This document shows positions 18,252-28,406 of a DNA stretch of 53,702 nt, piece by piece. The position numbers and the translations under genes are program-made. The stretch is from a virus (lineage: Duplodnaviria; Caudoviricetes): positions 1 to 53,702 of IMG/VR virus record IMGVR_UViG_3300021375_002114; one strand, written 5' to 3'. Position 1 is the stretch's first letter. The number at the start of each line of letters is the position of its first letter. Below the pieces are notes generated by a model, which saw only the letters and a list, made by a program, of their open reading frames with translations, made no database searches and was not told the DNA's origin.

Positions 18252-19196
18252 ATGGTTGATCCAATAAAAACTACTGACGAAATAGTTAAAAATAATGTAC
18301 AAGGTGATCCAGCACAAGATCCAAACAAGATACAAGTTAACATTGATGAACTGAAGAAAACCAAAGTGCATATTTGCATGCCTTGTTATGGTGGTATGTT
18401 AACTGAATCAACATTTATGAGTTTTGTACGTTGGGGTAATACTGCACGACAACTTGGTATTGATTTTACTGTCGAAACACTTACAAATGAAAGTTTAATA
18501 TCACGTGCAAGAAACACTATGGTTGCAAAGTTTTTAGCCAATAAGGAATCAACACACCTAATGTTTATAGATAGCGACATTGGATGGGAGCCGTGGCACC
18601 TATTGTTATTGTTGCACCACGACAAAGATGTAATCGGCGGCATGTACCCTCTTAAAGGCTTACCAATAAAATGGTGCATAAATGCAGTAGAAAATGGCGA
18701 AGAAGAAGACTCGGGTAGGCTAATTGAAGTTTCAAAAACTGGTACAGGCTTTATGTGTATTAAACGTCATGTGTTTGAAAAATTAGTTGAACATCCAGCA
18801 ACTGTGCCATTTGTAAACGATATAGGATTACCACAAGAACTAAACAAAGACATGAAAACATTCTTTGACACTGATGTAAGAGAAGGCAGATACTATAGTG
18901 AAGACTGGACTTTCTGTGAAAACTGGAGAGACCTAGGTGGTAAAGTATGGGTTGATAAACGTATACTATTAAAGCACACAGGAACATACACATATGATGC
19001 AATTGGACAAGATGCAACCTATAGAGCACTACATGCAGAATTAAAAGATACTGCACCTGTACAAGTTGATCCTGAAGAAGGAAAGATAGAACAAGGCACT
19101 ATTCCACAACAACAAGCAGATCTTCCACCAGAACGTAGAAGTGCAAAGGTACTTGCCAAGACAACAGGCAAATCTAAGAAAAAGAAAGCGTCATGA
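18252..19196 (+). CDS. GT-A fold glycosyltransferase-like protein
   Basis: CMPCYGG, SLISRARN, FIDSDI (DxD), GTGFM, SEDWTFC; TAAATA at 18219. Confidence 0.75.
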   Translation: MVDPIKTTDEIVKNNVQGDPAQDPNKIQVNIDELKKTKVHICMPCYGGMLTESTFMSFVRWGNTARQLGIDFTVETLTNESLISRARNTMVAKFLANKESTHLMFIDSDIGWEPWHLLLLLHHDKDVIGGMYPLKGLPIKWCINAVENGEEEDSGRLIEVSKTGTGFMCIKRHVFEKLVEHPATVPFVNDIGLPQELNKDMKTFFDTDVREGRYYSEDWTFCENWRDLGGKVWVDKRILLKHTGTYTYDAIGQDATYRALHAELKDTAPVQVDPEEGKIEQGTIPQQQADLPPERRSAKVLAKTTGKSKKKKAS

Positions 19197-19810
19197 TTAA
19201 ATATGCAATCTTTGGGGCAAATGGAGGTATGGGAAGTGCCTGTTGCCGTGAACTGCAAAAACATAATATAGATACAGATCAATTTACACGTGCTGATCTT
19301 AACTTTGAAGATTCAGAGGCAGTATCAAATTTTGATCTTTCAGGCTATTCTCATATTATAAACTGCACTGGGACTACAATTGGGACTTATCAAGGATTTA
19401 TAAAGAATCACTTTACAAATATTGTTAAACAAATTACAGTAAATCTTACAAATAACTTATTATTACTTAAAAATTTTATAAACACCAACCCAAATGGGCA
19501 CTATATTTGGATAGGGTCAATTGTTAGTGAAACACCAAGACCTTTTCACAGTATCTACGGTTGTACCAAACTAGCGAGCACCTTTGCTACAAATCTTATC
19601 TCACAGGAAGCAGAGGATATGAAGATTACAGAAGTTAGGTTAGGAGTTACTGCTACTAATATACGACATACTAACTACAATGGATCAAAAACAAAACAGC
19701 AAGTAGACAAAGAATATATCAACGATAATGCTATGTCTGCTGATTACGCCGCAACAAAAATTATCGATGGTGTTTTTAATAATAAATCAATGATAGAAAT
19801 AAATGATTAA
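19193..19810 (+). CDS. Short-chain dehydrogenase/reductase
   Basis: GANGGMG Rossmann motif; YGCTK (YxxxK). Confidence 0.8.
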   Translation: MIKYAIFGANGGMGSACCRELQKHNIDTDQFTRADLNFEDSEAVSNFDLSGYSHIINCTGTTIGTYQGFIKNHFTNIVKQITVNLTNNLLLLKNFINTNPNGHYIWIGSIVSETPRPFHSIYGCTKLASTFATNLISQEAEDMKITEVRLGVTATNIRHTNYNGSKTKQQVDKEYINDNAMSADYAATKIIDGVFNNKSMIEIND

Positions 19811-20159
19811 AATTTTACAACCAAAAATAAGCGATGCGGCAGTTGACCATAGAGGTGCAATTTTTAGTTATGTGCCTACTGAGGATATCAAAGAGTTCTG
19901 TTATATAACTACACGTGCTGGTGTAGAACGCGGAGATCACTATCACAAAGAATTTAATGAATATATCATGCTGGTTGAGGGTGAAGGCATTTATATATGT
20001 CCTAAACAAAATAATAAATTTGTAGTCGGTCCTGGACAAGTAATTTATATACCTGTAAATTGTCCGCATACTTTTGTTCCACTAACTGATTGTAAGAGCG
20101 TAAGTTTACTTACAAAGCCATGGGACCAGTGCGACGAACCAATAACAAGTTATCCATGA
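19803..20159 (+). CDS. Cupin protein (sugar-nucleotide isomerase/epimerase-like)
   Basis: DHRG, RGDHYHK, IPVNCPH cupin motifs. Confidence 0.75.
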   Translation: MIKILQPKISDAAVDHRGAIFSYVPTEDIKEFCYITTRAGVERGDHYHKEFNEYIMLVEGEGIYICPKQNNKFVVGPGQVIYIPVNCPHTFVPLTDCKSVSLLTKPWDQCDEPITSYP

Positions 20160-21037
20160 AAATTTTATTGTTAGGTGCAACCGGCTATGTGGGAGGAAGT
20201 CTTGCGGCTCTTCGTCCGCATTGGGAATGGACACTATGCAATTCAACTTCATTTAATCTTCTTAATTTTAGAGGAGAAATAGATTATCATGACATAATTA
20301 TAAACTGTGCTGGTTGGTATGGGGGCTTACCATTTAACAAAATGCATAGAGAACAAATAATGGTTAAAAACGCACAAATGTTTGCAACTGTTGATCGTAT
20401 CACTAGGCAGGTAAAACCTAAAAAAGTTATTAGCATCGGAAGTGGTTGTATGTATCCAGGAAATTTAAAAGATAATATCACAGAAGAACTAATTGGTACT
20501 GGCCCTTATCACGATAGTGTAAAATATAGCGGTGTTGCAAAAAAGTTAGAGCTAGACTTGCTACATCAGTTACCTGATACAATCGGTTGGGAGTTTCTTA
20601 TATTATGTAATGTTTATGGTCCTGGAGAACACACAAGCTCTGAAAAAAGTCATGTTGTTGGTGGACTTATACAAAAATTTCTCAATGGTAATAACACACT
20701 TCTAGGCACAGGCACTGCGATACGTGACTTTTTCTATATAAAAGACGCTGCAGAAGCAATCTGTAGATTCGTTGAAATTCCTGCAACTAACAGTCATACA
20801 AATATCAGCAGTGGTAACGGCACTACAATCAAAGACCTAGTCAAACCTATTGCAAAATATACAAATACACCAGTACTTAAATGGAGCAACAATTCTGCAG
20901 AAGATGGAGTGCCTGTAAAGATCTTAGACAACAAGAAAATGCAGTCTACAATTGGTACATGGGACTATTGTGGTTTAGATTTGGGTATCAAAAACACAGT
21001 TGATTACATTCGAGATACCATAAATACGTTGTTATGA
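20156..21037 (+). CDS. NAD-dependent epimerase, GDP-L-fucose synthase-like
   Basis: GATGYVG, GSGCMYP, YSGVAK, NVYGP, SHVV, GTGTAIRDF; start ATG 20156. Confidence 0.8.
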   Translation: MKILLLGATGYVGGSLAALRPHWEWTLCNSTSFNLLNFRGEIDYHDIIINCAGWYGGLPFNKMHREQIMVKNAQMFATVDRITRQVKPKKVISIGSGCMYPGNLKDNITEELIGTGPYHDSVKYSGVAKKLELDLLHQLPDTIGWEFLILCNVYGPGEHTSSEKSHVVGGLIQKFLNGNNTLLGTGTAIRDFFYIKDAAEAICRFVEIPATNSHTNISSGNGTTIKDLVKPIAKYTNTPVLKWSNNSAEDGVPVKILDNKKMQSTIGTWDYCGLDLGIKNTVDYIRDTINTLL

Positions 21038-23520
21038 AAGCAACCTGGTTTGAAAATAAAGAATTAATCACACTGTACACAGATCCTGCGTACTTTGGTG
21101 CAGATGTGCCCGACAGTTATCAGCAACGTCCTAGCAAACCTGTGCCAGTAAAAAGCCTGTTTGGCTATGAACCGTCTAGTAAGATGGATGACATACACCA
21201 CAAAGACGAAGTGCTACAAATTGCACTGAAGATGAAAGCAGGAACCTGGAAAGGTCTTCCTATTGTTTGTCGCAAAGATCCAAAAGGCTACCAAGTATTA
21301 GATGGGCATCATCGAATGCATGCGGCTCGCAAAGCAGGCATAGACACACTGGATGCAGTGATAGTAGATAGAGAAGATATTGAATACTCAGATGAAGTCA
21401 AAGAACAACGTATAGCAGAAGCATCAGGTTACATACCAACTGCCGCACAAGCAAACGATCCAAGATTTAAAACTGCACTTACAGTGGATGTACGTCCAGG
21501 CGAGGACCAACGCAACATAGAAAAACTTGGTTTGAATCTCAATATGGATCTAGTAAATAAAACCAAGCCAGGTAAAAAACGTAAGAAGACACTAGCGGAA
21601 AGCCTTATGGAACAGTACCAAGCAATTAAAGAAGAAGACTTGCTTGAAGTTGACATGAGTCCTAGTGCATTGCGTTCCTGGGCTAAAAGCGATGAAGCCA
21701 AAGGTGTACGTGCTGGCTTTGAATTAGAACTAGTTTTAGCAAATACCCAAAACACAGATGATGACGACTACGAAGCAGATATGGATGCCGACGAGCCTAT
21801 TGGAACACTTGACGAAATAGTTGACTTCTATGATGGTCCAAGCGGTATGGGTGCATGGACCAGTGATCAAAGAACCACAGAAGAACAGTTTCGTGAAGCA
21901 GTTATCGAGGACCTCATGGAATATGAAGACGAACAGTTTTTTGATTGGTGGAGTGACAACGGTGAAGATCAAGTTCGCGAGGAAATGGAAGCAGAACTAG
22001 AAAGAAATGTCACCGACGAAGAGTTTATGGAAGAATTTGAGAACGAAGGTGAAATATTTGAACGTGTGCGTGAGAGAGAACAAGATGAGCATCGCGGCGA
22101 TATTACTTGGGCACAGTTTTGGGAGTCGCAACAGATAGAAACCATGGGCGATCTAATGAACAAATATGATCTATACTTTCCTTACACTGCTGGTAGCGAA
22201 GGCGGAGACAAATCACTAGATGAATGGGCAGAAGAAATAAGTGCAGTTACTGGAAAAGGCACAAACATAAGTTATCAATATCACGGTAGTGATAAAGAAT
22301 CAGGCAAGTATACACTAGAACCAGACAGCAGTATCACTGCTGATGAATCAGAAGATGCAGGTATTGAACTGGTATCACCTGTAATGCCTCTTGATGAAGC
22401 AATAGATCAACTAGGAAAACTATTTGATTGGATTGAAGAGCAGGATGGAGATATCTATACAAACAGCACAACTGGCTTACACATGAACATCAGCGTGCCA
22501 CAAGGCGATGACATTGATTATACAAAACTTGTGCTATTCTCAGGTGACAAATACGTACTAGACAAATACAATAGACTAGCAACTAACTATGCTCCTAGTG
22601 TGCTTACCCAGTTACAAAACCGTGCTTCACAGATGAATGCAGACGACGCCGCAGGAGCTATGTCGGCGATGAAAATCAGTCTACAAGATGCTGCTGAAGA
22701 ATATGTACAAGGTGACATCGGAATGGCAAAGTATAGCAGTATACATGTGAAAGATGGCTATATCGAATTCCGTGGACCAGGTGGAGTGTACACTAATAAA
22801 AGTTTCGGCGAAAACATGAATACCATGCTACGATTTGCACGAGCAATGACCATTGCCGCTGATCCACAAGCATACAAGCAAGAGTACCAAAAGAAACTGT
22901 ACAAATTATTGAACACAGGTCGTGGAGAAGAACGTACCATTGACAGTCTATTTGCTGAATTACAAGCTGGTACGATTAACCAACAAGTGTTTAAAAAGCG
23001 TTGGGCAAATCTCGTTGTTAAACAACAACAGAATCAAGCAATACTAAACAGACTTGACGATAAGCCAGACGATAAACGTTTGGCAAAAGCAAAACAGTTA
23101 CAAAAGGATCTTGGTGGACCAGTAAAAGAATGGACCTATACTATTCCATATACTAGAGCAGATGGTACATCAACTGTTATGATTCGTAACGTAAAAGCAT
23201 CCAGTGCTCAATTGGCTAACCAGGCTGCAGTGCAAGATGCATTGGACATGTTTGACCATCCACAGTTTAAAACTCATAAACCAGATTTTAACAAATTAAA
23301 TGTAATGCTTGCAAGCGTAGAAGACCAGGAAAACTTCAAATACAGAGTACCTTATACAACTGCACAAAATAGGCTTCAATACTATGAGGGCGAAATTAAA
23401 GCAGAGGATGCTGATAAGGCAAGAGACCAAGTGATTAAAGCCGCACAAAAATATTTTGCACAAAATACTGCCTTTACTCCTAATTATATTGATACAGATA
23501 TTATTAGTTTGGATGCGTGA
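21034..23520 (+). CDS. ParB/Srx-like domain fused to a putative amidoligase (COOH-NH2 ligase) domain
   Basis: VLDGHHR (ParB/Srx); GFELE, DSSI, GIELVSP, TGLHMNIS, IEFRGPG (amidoligase); TAAATA at 21021. Confidence 0.72.
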   Translation: MKATWFENKELITLYTDPAYFGADVPDSYQQRPSKPVPVKSLFGYEPSSKMDDIHHKDEVLQIALKMKAGTWKGLPIVCRKDPKGYQVLDGHHRMHAARKAGIDTLDAVIVDREDIEYSDEVKEQRIAEASGYIPTAAQANDPRFKTALTVDVRPGEDQRNIEKLGLNLNMDLVNKTKPGKKRKKTLAESLMEQYQAIKEEDLLEVDMSPSALRSWAKSDEAKGVRAGFELELVLANTQNTDDDDYEADMDADEPIGTLDEIVDFYDGPSGMGAWTSDQRTTEEQFREAVIEDLMEYEDEQFFDWWSDNGEDQVREEMEAELERNVTDEEFMEEFENEGEIFERVREREQDEHRGDITWAQFWESQQIETMGDLMNKYDLYFPYTAGSEGGDKSLDEWAEEISAVTGKGTNISYQYHGSDKESGKYTLEPDSSITADESEDAGIELVSPVMPLDEAIDQLGKLFDWIEEQDGDIYTNSTTGLHMNISVPQGDDIDYTKLVLFSGDKYVLDKYNRLATNYAPSVLTQLQNRASQMNADDAAGAMSAMKISLQDAAEEYVQGDIGMAKYSSIHVKDGYIEFRGPGGVYTNKSFGENMNTMLRFARAMTIAADPQAYKQEYQKKLYKLLNTGRGEERTIDSLFAELQAGTINQQVFKKRWANLVVKQQQNQAILNRLDDKPDDKRLAKAKQLQKDLGGPVKEWTYTIPYTRADGTSTVMIRNVKASSAQLANQAAVQDALDMFDHPQFKTHKPDFNKLNVMLASVEDQENFKYRVPYTTAQNRLQYYEGEIKAEDADKARDQVIKAAQKYFAQNTAFTPNYIDTDIISLDA

Positions 23521-23813
23521 TGGAAGAAGTATTAGACAATGCAGTGCAAATGCGTATTGATGTACACACCGCATTTATCGGGCGTGGAGCTGACCCGCGA
23601 TATCGATTATATATAAATGACGAGCTTTTCAGCGAACGGTGCTATAGATTTCAGTCAAATATGTACTTAACTGAACAACTGTTTATTAAAAAACAAGAAG
23701 GAACTTACAAAATAAGAATTGAAAGCATAAGTGATTTTCGTTTCAAATTACGTAATTTAAGATGTAAGTACGGCACTGCACAAGTAATCAACGACGAAGT
23801 ATTTAAACTATGA
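23517..23813 (+). CDS. Hypothetical protein
   Basis: 98-aa ORF overlapping both neighbours. Confidence 0.7.
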   Translation: MMEEVLDNAVQMRIDVHTAFIGRGADPRYRLYINDELFSERCYRFQSNMYLTEQLFIKKQEGTYKIRIESISDFRFKLRNLRCKYGTAQVINDEVFKL

Positions 23814-24010
23814 GAATATTTGAAATCACGGAAAACTTTGCCGACGGAAAGAAAAAAGGCAAAAGCAGACCAGGGCGTGTAAAGCGTTCAGGGGCAAGTT
23901 GCAACGGATCAGTGACTGATCTTCGTGCAAAAGCAAAGAAAGCATCAGGTGAACGTGCTAAGATGTATCACTGGTGTGCTAATATGAAGTCGGGGAAGAA
24001 GAAAAAATGA
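23810..24010 (+). CDS. Small basic protein, putative capsid-internal
   Basis: MRIFEITE N-terminus, then a K/R-rich body with 2 Cys. Confidence 0.72.
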   Translation: MRIFEITENFADGKKKGKSRPGRVKRSGASCNGSVTDLRAKAKKASGERAKMYHWCANMKSGKKKK

Positions 24011-24738
24011 GATCACAAGAATTTGTAACAGAGCTAGTAACCGGTCCGGAAAATAAGTTCCACCTTATAAATCGTGTCAACAAAGTTGCTGACATTTGTG
24101 CTACTATGGGCGACAAGCCACTGTTGTATAGACAGGTGCGTAATACGGGTATGTACGGCGACAAAGCACTTATTATCAAAGCCACACCAAGAGGCATGCG
24201 AGACGAAAAATTATTAGGCTCAGGAAACTTAATGCAACCGAATGTGTTAAACAAACTGGGTATTGAACATGCTGTGTTTGCCACAATGGATCCACATCCT
24301 GGCACACAAGGCAAGTTTGGAGCAAACTATTTTATGGTTCCTATTGGATCATACAAAGTTTACAGTAGTCCGCAGGTAAAGGACTTGGGCTCAGATAATT
24401 CATACAATGATAAAGATCGCAAAATGTTTGCGCCGCCTAGTGATGAAGAGGTTGCAAAGTTTGATGCTGTTGCTGACACTTACAAAGAAGGTTGGCCCAG
24501 TGCAGGATTTCCAAATGAAGTTATACTGGACTGTGAACAATATTATTTGATTAATGTAGGAGAGTTTGTTAAAAAATATGCTGGTGAAAAGGCTAGACAA
24601 ATGTACACCAGAGATGAAACAAGTGTCAACAAAATAAGAAATGATATAAACAAAGAATTATTAACCAGTCGTTTCAAAACATACAACGACATGGCTTGGT
24701 ATCTACGCAACCCAGTCACAAACTTGTTAAAGGCGTAG
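24007..24738 (+). CDS. Hypothetical protein, putative capsid-internal
   Basis: N-terminus MRSQEFVTE resembles the T4 internal-protein targeting peptide. Confidence 0.75.
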   Translation: MRSQEFVTELVTGPENKFHLINRVNKVADICATMGDKPLLYRQVRNTGMYGDKALIIKATPRGMRDEKLLGSGNLMQPNVLNKLGIEHAVFATMDPHPGTQGKFGANYFMVPIGSYKVYSSPQVKDLGSDNSYNDKDRKMFAPPSDEEVAKFDAVADTYKEGWPSAGFPNEVILDCEQYYLINVGEFVKKYAGEKARQMYTRDETSVNKIRNDINKELLTSRFKTYNDMAWYLRNPVTNLLKA

Positions 24739-24741
24739 AAG

Positions 24742-24930
24742 ATGAAAGCAGAAGAAATACTCAAAGAAGGCTTGATGTACAAAGGTTATCCTTGTACCAA
24801 AGACTGTTCAGGACACATGGCCGGATATGCTTGGGCAAAGCAACGCAACATAGTCAACCCACAGGACCTTCCTACAGATACCAACAACAGTTTCCGTGAA
24901 GGCATGTTAAGTTTCACAGAGGGCAAATAA
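24742..24930 (+). CDS. Small protein, putative capsid-internal
   Basis: MKAEEILKE N-terminus; CTKDCSGH motif. Confidence 0.72.
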   Translation: MKAEEILKEGLMYKGYPCTKDCSGHMAGYAWAKQRNIVNPQDLPTDTNNSFREGMLSFTEGK

Positions 24931-24931
24931 G

Positions 24932-25720
24932 ATGAAACAGTTTGCCATTGTTTATAAAAATTGCGACTATCTCGAGATTGAATTAGACAATACAGAACTT
25001 GCTTGTAATTATTTTGATCTTATAAAAAATACCTACCAAAACTATCCAGATATAATTTGCAGAGATGAGAAATACTATACATTAGACGTATTCCAAAATC
25101 TTGCAGTGCAATGTGCAAACGCATTCAATTGGGATTGGGATACAACTAATTTGTGTTTGGAAAATAGAACCTTAATGCACAAAGACATAGAAAATCTTGT
25201 AGGAAACGGGTATGAACACATACCAGAAGAGTATGATGAACTAGTGCATAATACACATTTTGCTTTACATGCTTTAGAAACAGGCAATGACAGAGGCCCA
25301 TGGTTACAAATCGAATGGTGGAACGATGAAGGGTTTTATATTGCCCCAGAAGATTATCCTCGAAAAAGCAAGTGTAAGTTTGGCGATATAAAATTACAAA
25401 ATCCATTTGTAGGGCACAATCCTGCTTTTGTTTACGGGCAAAACGATTTTACTGATGTTGATCTTACCTGCAAGTTTCATGACTTCTGCAAGCCTGGAAT
25501 TAATATTATGTTACAAGATTATAACAGCAGTCCTTTTAATAACTTAGATAATTATAAAAAATGGTTTCATACTCATGCGCCTGATTTTGTAAAAAAACAC
25601 ACATGGAAAACTATACTAGAATACACAGGTGAAGCAATTGTTGGACGTGTTAAAAATGTAAATACATTACAAGAACTACTAGATAAGCCATATTTAAAAT
25701 TTGAAAAGTTAGTGTTTTAG
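24932..25720 (+). CDS. Hypothetical protein
   Basis: 262-aa ORF, no recognised motif. Confidence 0.75.
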   Translation: MKQFAIVYKNCDYLEIELDNTELACNYFDLIKNTYQNYPDIICRDEKYYTLDVFQNLAVQCANAFNWDWDTTNLCLENRTLMHKDIENLVGNGYEHIPEEYDELVHNTHFALHALETGNDRGPWLQIEWWNDEGFYIAPEDYPRKSKCKFGDIKLQNPFVGHNPAFVYGQNDFTDVDLTCKFHDFCKPGINIMLQDYNSSPFNNLDNYKKWFHTHAPDFVKKHTWKTILEYTGEAIVGRVKNVNTLQELLDKPYLKFEKLVF

Positions 25721-25873
25721 ATGAAAATAAAAGATATCGTACGTGAAGATACTGATTCTGGTGATATAGCAACTGTTGCAACCAATCTGTTTGCTCGTCC
25801 AATCAAACGCACAGACAATCGCACATACGGCAACACACCAAAACCTGTGAAATACACCCCCAAGGCAAAATAA
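25721..25873 (+). CDS. Small protein (50 aa, not in ORF track), putative capsid-internal
   Basis: MKIKDIVREDTDSGDIATV...KAK; starts immediately after the upstream stop. Confidence 0.65.
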   Translation: MKIKDIVREDTDSGDIATVATNLFARPIKRTDNRTYGNTPKPVKYTPKAK

Positions 25874-25920
25874 ACTTATTTCTTTTGGATAGATAAATAC
25901 TCTTAATAAAGGAATTAAGA

Positions 25921-26364
25921 ATGCTAGCCGACGATCTAAAAACATTACTTGCAACTTCGTATGCATTTGTGATTAAAGCACAGAACTTTCACTGGAATGT
26001 CGAAGGGTCAGACTTCAGTCAGTATCATCAGTTCTTCCAAGGCATATACGATGAAGTTTACGGCAACGCAATCGACCAAACAGCAGAATATATTAGAACA
26101 CTAGATGTGTATGCTCCTGGTTCATTTGAGAGATTTTCACAGCTAAGTGTCATCACTGGACAAATTAAAATCCCAAGAGCAATGCTGATGATAAAAGAAT
26201 TACAAGAGGACAACGAGGCTATACAGTTGATACTCAAACAGACATTTGAATCTGCAACCGCAGAGAAGAACGAAGGAATCGCTAACTTTATTGCAGAACG
26301 CATGGATGCCCATGCCAAGCACGGTTGGATGTTGAGAAGTTTTTTAAAAGAGAGTAGAGAGTAA
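25921..26364 (+). CDS. dps: Dps / ferritin-like DNA-protection protein
   Basis: HWNVEG, YH..F, D..AE.IR, K..WML; TAAATA at 25894. Confidence 0.92.
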   Translation: MLADDLKTLLATSYAFVIKAQNFHWNVEGSDFSQYHQFFQGIYDEVYGNAIDQTAEYIRTLDVYAPGSFERFSQLSVITGQIKIPRAMLMIKELQEDNEAIQLILKQTFESATAEKNEGIANFIAERMDAHAKHGWMLRSFLKESRE

Positions 26365-26366
26365 AG

Positions 26367-27305
26367 ATGGATAATAGTTTTGCCGCATTAGTAGGCAAGT
26401 TAAATGAGATAGATAACGGTCGTCCAATAACGGAACGTCAGTTTAAGCCAACACCCGTAACAGAGGGTTTGAAGCAGAACGACATGACCAGCATATTGGA
26501 AAATATGTATAAAGATCGACCTTTTGAAAGTGCAAAATCTTTAGACAGTGGCACTACTAAACAGTTTCAAAAAGACTATAAGCCAAAGCAACTTCCAGCA
26601 GACTACAAAATGCCAAGTGTTGGCAAAGTATTAGGTGGAGATGAAGAGAAGATTCCTACCAAAGGCTATATGGTTGGTGACAGCATTGACCCAGATATGT
26701 TAGCAAAGATAGCCGGTGATGCAGAAGAAATTGATATCAAAGACAAAGGTGAGTATGACGAAGAAGGTGCAATGGCTAAGGATCAACTAGCACGTGCCGC
26801 TGATGCTGCCTTAGAACTACAGGGCATACTAGACGATGATGAAAACTTACCTGAATGGGTGCAAGGCAAAATTATCAAAGCATTAGACTACTTAGACATT
26901 TCAAGAGACTATATGAAGCAAGAGCTAGGTGAAGGACCAAACCCAGGTGACGAAGAATCATGGGATGGCGTGTCACCTGACACAGATCAAACCCTTAGTG
27001 GTCCAATCAATCCAGCTCCAAAAGGTGCACAGCTACCTGAGGACAGTATTGGTAAAAAACAATCACTACTGGACTATCTTGGTGACGTAGAAAAAGCACA
27101 CAACGAAGAAATGTTAGCAGAACCTGTAAAAAGTTTTACTACTGACGACGGCAAAGAAATGAAAATCTATGGCACAGAAGATGATGGCTACAGAGTAAAA
27201 GTTAACGGAAAAGAATCAAAAAAATCTTTTGGCAAACTTGAAGATGCAGTTCTTGCATGTGAAACATTTATCCAAAGAACAAACGACTATGTGAGTGAAA
27301 GCTAA
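26367..27305 (+). CDS. Acidic modular hypothetical protein, likely head-associated
   Basis: 312 aa; LPEWVQGKI module; ends DYVSES. Confidence 0.75.
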   Translation: MDNSFAALVGKLNEIDNGRPITERQFKPTPVTEGLKQNDMTSILENMYKDRPFESAKSLDSGTTKQFQKDYKPKQLPADYKMPSVGKVLGGDEEKIPTKGYMVGDSIDPDMLAKIAGDAEEIDIKDKGEYDEEGAMAKDQLARAADAALELQGILDDDENLPEWVQGKIIKALDYLDISRDYMKQELGEGPNPGDEESWDGVSPDTDQTLSGPINPAPKGAQLPEDSIGKKQSLLDYLGDVEKAHNEEMLAEPVKSFTTDDGKEMKIYGTEDDGYRVKVNGKESKKSFGKLEDAVLACETFIQRTNDYVSES

Positions 27306-28405
27306 TGCGTTTACTACACCTACTAGAGGACGATAAAATGAAAATGAACGAAGTGCATATGCAAGAAGCTACTCCAAATTATGAGGTTGATCCTGCACAA
27401 GCAAGACTAAGTGCAATTGCAGTTAAACTTATGGACAAAGCTAACACTGTTACAGATACTAATTTGCAAATAGCGTTGTCAAGGGTAGCACAACACTTGC
27501 CAGAATATGGAACTGCTTTTGGTGCCAAGAACATGCAGGACTTGTTGGATATTGTAAACGGTGATGGCAAATATTTTGATCCTGACATGCCACAGGACAA
27601 TAAGAATCCTATTAAGATTTCCAAAGAATCATTGATGAAAATGATGGCTTACGGACAGAAGATGGTTGACAAAGAAGGTACTGCGAAGCCAGACATACAA
27701 GAAGACGTTGAAGATTATGAAAAAGTAAATGCCAGACGTATGATAAAACAACTTAGAGAGATAAGTGAACACCGTCGTATGCTTGAAAATATGATTATTA
27801 AATTAGCAGATATGAACAAAGACAGCGGCGATTTAACTGATCAGTTACAAACAATGTTTGACCTGAATACTAAATTTTCTGGTGTCCTACGTAGAGCAAT
27901 GAAAATTGTTCCTGTGTATGAAGGCGAAATGAACGAAGCTATTCCGACCAGTGAATTTGATTATGATTTAAAAAAGTTTTACGACAAAGTAATGGAACTT
28001 GAAGACGAAAACCAACACGGTGAAGTAGCTGAAATGCTTGTAAACCTTTATGGTACAAGTCCAGAATCAATGGTTATACGTGGTATTAACGGAATGCACA
28101 GTGCTCAAGGTAGCATCATGCCTGAACAACAAAGACTCCGTGATATGATCTCAACCAAGTACTACAAAAAACTACAACAAGAAGTTGAGGAGTTAAAAAA
28201 AACCTCACCAGCCTACACTATGAGAAATGAAGGTGTGATATCAGACTTGTTTACTGTTAGTAAAGATGAAAAAAGACTAAAGCAAAGAACTGGTGATAGT
28301 TATGATGCCGCAATGGTAGACAAACATACTAAAAAGTTTGAGAAGCAAGGCTTATCACCTGAAGATGCACGTAAGTACGCATATCGTAAAGTGTTTGGGA
28401 AATAA
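27305..28405 (+). CDS. Modular hypothetical protein, likely head-associated
   Basis: 366 aa; MRLLHLLE N-terminus. Confidence 0.75.
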   Translation: MRLLHLLEDDKMKMNEVHMQEATPNYEVDPAQARLSAIAVKLMDKANTVTDTNLQIALSRVAQHLPEYGTAFGAKNMQDLLDIVNGDGKYFDPDMPQDNKNPIKISKESLMKMMAYGQKMVDKEGTAKPDIQEDVEDYEKVNARRMIKQLREISEHRRMLENMIIKLADMNKDSGDLTDQLQTMFDLNTKFSGVLRRAMKIVPVYEGEMNEAIPTSEFDYDLKKFYDKVMELEDENQHGEVAEMLVNLYGTSPESMVIRGINGMHSAQGSIMPEQQRLRDMISTKYYKKLQQEVEELKKTSPAYTMRNEGVISDLFTVSKDEKRLKQRTGDSYDAAMVDKHTKKFEKQGLSPEDARKYAYRKVFGK

Positions 28406-28406
28406 T

